Positions 60,129 through 64,000 of a stretch of 64,000 nucleotides of DNA are shown here, piece after piece. The notes beneath the pieces were generated by a model. That model was not told the origin of the DNA. It was given only the letters and a program-made list of their open reading frames with translations, and did no database searches. How positions within the stretch are numbered: the first letter of the stretch is position 1; every line of letters starts with the position of its first letter. The position numbers and the translations under genes are program-made. The DNA is from an uncultured delta proteobacterium (lineage in GTDB: Bacteria > Desulfobacterota > Binatia > UBA9968), in NCBI GenBank assembly GCA_963737905.1, contig CAVTUQ010000026.1, positions 239,176 through 303,175 on the forward strand, written 5' to 3'.

Positions 60129-61115
60129 CTACTCCTCTGGCGCGCCGCCCGACCTCGCCAAGTCTTCCATCTTGACCTTTTCCACGTTGAGTTTGGCGGC
60201 AGCTTTTGTCATGCGATCCAGGGCTTCGTCGAAACTGAGCGGTGCGGCGTCCTTGGGACGGAAGCGGATCGGGTTAATGCGAGCAACCACGAAGCTCTTG
60301 AGATAGGGACTGGTCAGCCCCTTGGATTTTAAAGCTTCGACTTTTTCGACGACCAGATTGTCTAGCTCCATAACAGTTTTGGCCCGCTCTTGTCGAAGGG
60401 CTAGCGCCGCTCGAAGCGGCTTCTTGAGAAACTCATCGGTCCGTCTCAAGACAGGGTGGTAAGCGCCACCGCTGAAACGCGGCCGGTCGAGATAACAAAG
60501 GCCAAGGGTGATAAGCGCGGCTTCTTCGAATTCCAAAGCATAGCTTTCTTCGGTGGCATCATCCATTATAGCCAGCTCCTGGTACATCTTGATCACTTCC
60601 AACGCCCGCTCGCGCAGGTTGTGGGCTTTCTCGGTGTTGAGCGCGAGGATCTGGTAGGCGGCGGAAGTCTCCGGCACGACGATCCCAACGATGCTCTTGG
60701 CCCCCAAGGTGCGCATGGCCGACAAGCGGTGATTGCCGTTGGGTGTCCAATAGCGCGTTTGACTGTCCTGGCTCTCTTTTCGAACGACGATGACAGGGTC
60801 AAGAAAGCGGCCCAGTTTGGCGATGACGGCTTCGAGTTTGCGTACGTGGTTGTCCGAGAGATTTCGTTGATAAGGAGTAGGCTCGACTTTTTCGATGGGA
60901 AGCGCCGCCATGACCAGCCAGTGACCGCCGAAGGGCTCGCGATAAGATGCCAGAACTTTACCGCCGTCTTTTTCGATGGCCTCTTGCAGTTCGCCGACGT
61001 TGCCCGGTGTGGCGGTACTGGGAATTTCTTTGGGTTCAAGTCCGATCGATTTGCCTGCAAGTTTTCTCCGCTTTCGAGGGCCCTCCGGCTTTTTTGTCGT
61101 TTTTTTCTCAGCCAT
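60129..61115 (-). CDS. ParB/Srx N-terminal domain protein
   Basis: PTPYQRNL, FLDPVIV, PNGNHRLSA, LALNTEK; basic N-terminus; no parA nearby. Confidence 0.8.
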   Translation of the reverse strand: MAEKKTTKKPEGPRKRRKLAGKSIGLEPKEIPSTATPGNVGELQEAIEKDGGKVLASYREPFGGHWLVMAALPIEKVEPTPYQRNLSDNHVRKLEAVIAKLGRFLDPVIVVRKESQDSQTRYWTPNGNHRLSAMRTLGAKSIVGIVVPETSAAYQILALNTEKAHNLRERALEVIKMYQELAIMDDATEESYALEFEEAALITLGLCYLDRPRFSGGAYHPVLRRTDEFLKKPLRAALALRQERAKTVMELDNLVVEKVEALKSKGLTSPYLKSFVVARINPIRFRPKDAAPLSFDEALDRMTKAAAKLNVEKVKMEDLARSGGAPEE

Positions 61116-61441
61116 AAAGCGTGTGCCCGTGGTGTCTCCTTAACATAGCGCGAGTTACTGTTCCAAGCACCACGTATTGGGCAAGAATATCGCAACTCCC
61201 AAAGCCATGACGGCGACGAAGGCACCGCCCACCACAACGCAGCGCGCTAACGGCTTCGACGATTCGACGGGTCCCGGTAGTCGGCTCTGTCGTGGCGTTT
61301 GACATGGCCGGTAAAGGATCCAAGAAAGTTTCCCATTCTTCACAAAAGGCCTGCTCCTGTCAAAGACAACGTGCGAGCGTGTTGAGGAAACGGGTGCTAC
61401 CTTCTATCATTGGGACATCCAACAGAAGGGAGTCTTACGAC

Positions 61442-62794
61442 ATGGCGCAATACGATTACGATCTCTTCACCATCGGTGCGGGTTCCGGCGGGGTGCGCGC
61501 GAGCCGCGTGTCCGCTTCCTATGGCGCCAAGGTTGCGGTGGCGGAAGAGCGGTATCTGGGCGGCACCTGTGTCAACGTGGGCTGCATCCCGAAGAAGCTT
61601 TTGGTTTATGCCGCGCACTTCAGCGAAGATTTCGAGGACGCGGCGGGTTTTGGCTGGAGGGTGGGCGAACAGTTCGTCGATTGGGCAAAATTGATCGCGA
61701 ACAAAAACAAAGAGATCAACCGGCTCAACCACATCTACCGAAAGTTGCTAGAAGATTCCGGTGTCACGATCATCGACTCAAGGGCGGAAATTTCCGACCC
61801 TCATACCGTTCTCGTTGACGGCAAGAAGATCACGGCAAAATATATCCTCCTTGCCGTGGGTGGTTGGCCCATAGTGCCGAAGCTCCCCGGATCGGAGCAC
61901 GCGATCACTTCGAATGAGGCATTCTACCTGCCGACTTTGCCAAAAAAGGTGATCATTGTCGGCGGCGGCTATATCGGTGCCGAGTTTGCCGGCATCTTTC
62001 ATGGCCTCGGCGTAGAAGTGACGCAGCTCTATTGGGGTCCGTTGTTTCTCCGCGGCTTCGACGATGATTGCCGTAAAACTCTGGCCGAAGAGATGAAAAA
62101 GAAAGGTATCGACCTGAGATTCAATGCTGATATCTCGCAAATTGAAAAGATGGGCGCGACCTTGCGTGCAACATTAAATGGAGACGTAAACATAGACGCC
62201 GACCAGATTCTCTATGCCACGGGGCGAGTGCCGAATACGGGTTCGCTAGGGCTTGAGAATACCAGTGTGCAGATGAAGCCTGACGGCTCTGTCGTCGTCG
62301 ACGACTATTCAAAAACAGACGTGGACAGCATCTATGCGATCGGCGATTGCACCAACCGGATGCAGTTGACACCCGTCGCTATCGCCGAAGGGCGCGCCGT
62401 GGCAGAGACGCTCTTCAATAGCAATCCGATGAAACCTAACTACATGAATGTGCCTTCCGTTGTCTTCAGTCAACCGAATCTAGGGACAGTTGGGCTCACT
62501 GAAGCGGAGGCGCGCGAGCGTTATAGTAATGTCGATGTTTACAAGACCTCCTTCAAACCGCTCAAGCATACGTTAACCGGCCGCGATGAAAGGACAATGA
62601 TGAAAATCGTCGTTGATCATGTGACGGACAAAGTCTTGGGCTGCCACATGGTCGGTTCGGATGCCGGGGAAATCATCCAAGGACTGGCCGTTGCAATGAA
62701 TTGCGGCGCCACCAAGGCCCAATTTGATGCGACCATTGGCATTCACCCTACGGCCGCGGAAGAGTTCGTCACCATGCGCACGCCGGTGACGTGA
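61442..62794 (+). CDS. gor: Glutathione-disulfide reductase
   Basis: IGAGSGGVRA, GGTCVNVGCIPKK, GGGYIG, IHPTAAEEFVTMR. Confidence 0.95.
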   Translation: MAQYDYDLFTIGAGSGGVRASRVSASYGAKVAVAEERYLGGTCVNVGCIPKKLLVYAAHFSEDFEDAAGFGWRVGEQFVDWAKLIANKNKEINRLNHIYRKLLEDSGVTIIDSRAEISDPHTVLVDGKKITAKYILLAVGGWPIVPKLPGSEHAITSNEAFYLPTLPKKVIIVGGGYIGAEFAGIFHGLGVEVTQLYWGPLFLRGFDDDCRKTLAEEMKKKGIDLRFNADISQIEKMGATLRATLNGDVNIDADQILYATGRVPNTGSLGLENTSVQMKPDGSVVVDDYSKTDVDSIYAIGDCTNRMQLTPVAIAEGRAVAETLFNSNPMKPNYMNVPSVVFSQPNLGTVGLTEAEARERYSNVDVYKTSFKPLKHTLTGRDERTMMKIVVDHVTDKVLGCHMVGSDAGEIIQGLAVAMNCGATKAQFDATIGIHPTAAEEFVTMRTPVT

Positions 62795-63158
62795 GTTACG
62801 TAGCCCGGTTCATTTACAGAAGAGCGTCCGAGAACCGAGCCTCTCCGGTTGCGGGCAATGGGCCTCTAGCCCGAGGCGGTCTGCAAACTGAAGTGGTGGA
62901 GCGTATGGGAAGGAAGAACCGCAAACCTATTGCCAAGCACCTTAGAAGTCGTCGCAGCTTTACGCTCGTATGCCCGCGCGCTTCGAGGCTCACTCCTCGG
63001 TCTCCGTGATCTTTCTTCGGATCATGAGTAAGACCCCATCTGCAATCGGGTTGAGATTGCCTGCTTCCGCACGCCAAGTTGTCTTATTTTCTGACAAGTG
63101 TCCGCTTTGCCCGATCCCTCTCGTCGGCAAAATGCTGCGAAGTCAGCGGGTTGGGTAG

Positions 63159-63174
63159 TGGCATGGTGGTTGCT
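63159..63174 (+). promoter_or_regulatory. Sigma-54 -24/-12 promoter
   Basis: TGGCATGGTGGTTGCT matches TGGCAY-N5-TTGCW about 40 nt upstream of the start codon. Confidence 0.7.
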
Positions 63175-63215
63175 CTGCCTCACCTGGAAGAGGCCGATAC
63201 CCCAAAGAGGTGGCT

Positions 63216-63965
63216 ATGGATCGGGAAAACTTTCGGGAGCAATTGTTAGCTGTGATGGAACGGAAGGATCACTGGGCCTGGCCGGTGTTTACCTCGGGCA
63301 GGGTACCGAAGGCGCTCTTACATTTTCATTTCGAGCAAGAATACGAAACCTACGTGCGGGATTTTCCAGTCATGGTGGGTTGGGCTTATGTGCGTTGTCC
63401 GGTTCCCGAAGTCCGGCGAAGCCTGGCTGAGAACCTTTTTGAGGAAGAGACCGGCGGTTTGGTTGCCGGGCGTCCGCATCCGGAGCTTTTTCTCGAATAC
63501 CCGCGCGGATTGGGAATGGATCTGAGTCGATTTCAGCATGTGGAACTGCTCCCGGCGGCGAATGAATATCGCCACTTCCTCGACGAAGCGATCCAGCATT
63601 ATGGCTGGGAGATTGCCGCGGCAATCGTTACCATCTTCATCGAAGGGACAAAGGACGAACGTTCCGTGGTAGATCCATCAATGCAAAAATTTCCACTTCC
63701 GCCTCTTGAAGAGCATCCTCTGGTCAAACATTACGGTATGGCTCTGGAGCACCTGGCCCTGACCAAAGCTCATCGTCAAGTCGAGGGTAACCACCGTGCG
63801 GCGGCGTGGAACACAATACTGACCCATGTCTCGCCAACCAGGCGAGGACCGGTCGTGCGGGTGATGACCGAAGCCCTGGATCGCTGGCTTTCGTATCGGG
63901 ACGAGGTCGCGGCTATCTGCGGTATCGCGCGCGATAGCAATGATTCCGCTGCCAGCGCTGCCTAA
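63216..63965 (+). CDS. Heme-oxygenase-like diiron enzyme (PqqC/CADD/TenA superfamily)
   Basis: QEY, LAENLFEEETG...HPELF, FIEG, HRQVEGNH metal-ligand pattern. Confidence 0.8.
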   Translation: MDRENFREQLLAVMERKDHWAWPVFTSGRVPKALLHFHFEQEYETYVRDFPVMVGWAYVRCPVPEVRRSLAENLFEEETGGLVAGRPHPELFLEYPRGLGMDLSRFQHVELLPAANEYRHFLDEAIQHYGWEIAAAIVTIFIEGTKDERSVVDPSMQKFPLPPLEEHPLVKHYGMALEHLALTKAHRQVEGNHRAAAWNTILTHVSPTRRGPVVRVMTEALDRWLSYRDEVAAICGIARDSNDSAASAA

Positions 63966-64000
63966 AGCTGAATTCCGCAAAACCATCCATCTCAATCCTC

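Noticed and set aside
61108-61343. Short minus-strand ORFs with a hydrophobic stretch
   Set aside because: No clear RBS or homology; cannot be supported.
62791-63158. Short ORFs between gor and the diiron enzyme
   Set aside because: No motifs or precursor-peptide features; probably regulatory DNA upstream of the sigma-54 promoter.

Overview
Moderately GC-rich bacterial chromosome segment with no rRNA, tRNA or CRISPR array. It is dominated by catabolic enzymes and about 13 orphan solute-binding proteins, a gene style that resembles soil Deltaproteobacteria/Binatota-type MAGs (inference only). It carries an NHEJ locus (ligD, ku and a coupled MerR-HTH/TPR gene), gor, a triplicated MFS and an array of ABC_sub_bind paralogs interleaved with two TA-like pairs. 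The main results are invisible in the ORF track. Two genes appear to be recoded at an in-frame UGA followed by a SECIS-like hairpin: an omega-type GST with a U-P-Y-A site (11730-12290) and a rhodanese (C-G-G-P-T-U) fused in frame to a GYG-filter K+ channel (22307-23518). Two orphan, highly structured intergenic RNA candidates lie at about 55541-55949 (own promoter and terminator) and about 59883-60108. Four maleate-isomerase/AMDase-fold paralogs all lack the catalytic cysteines. Several single-base frameshifts look like assembly indels. All calls were made by eye, without database searches or folding software.
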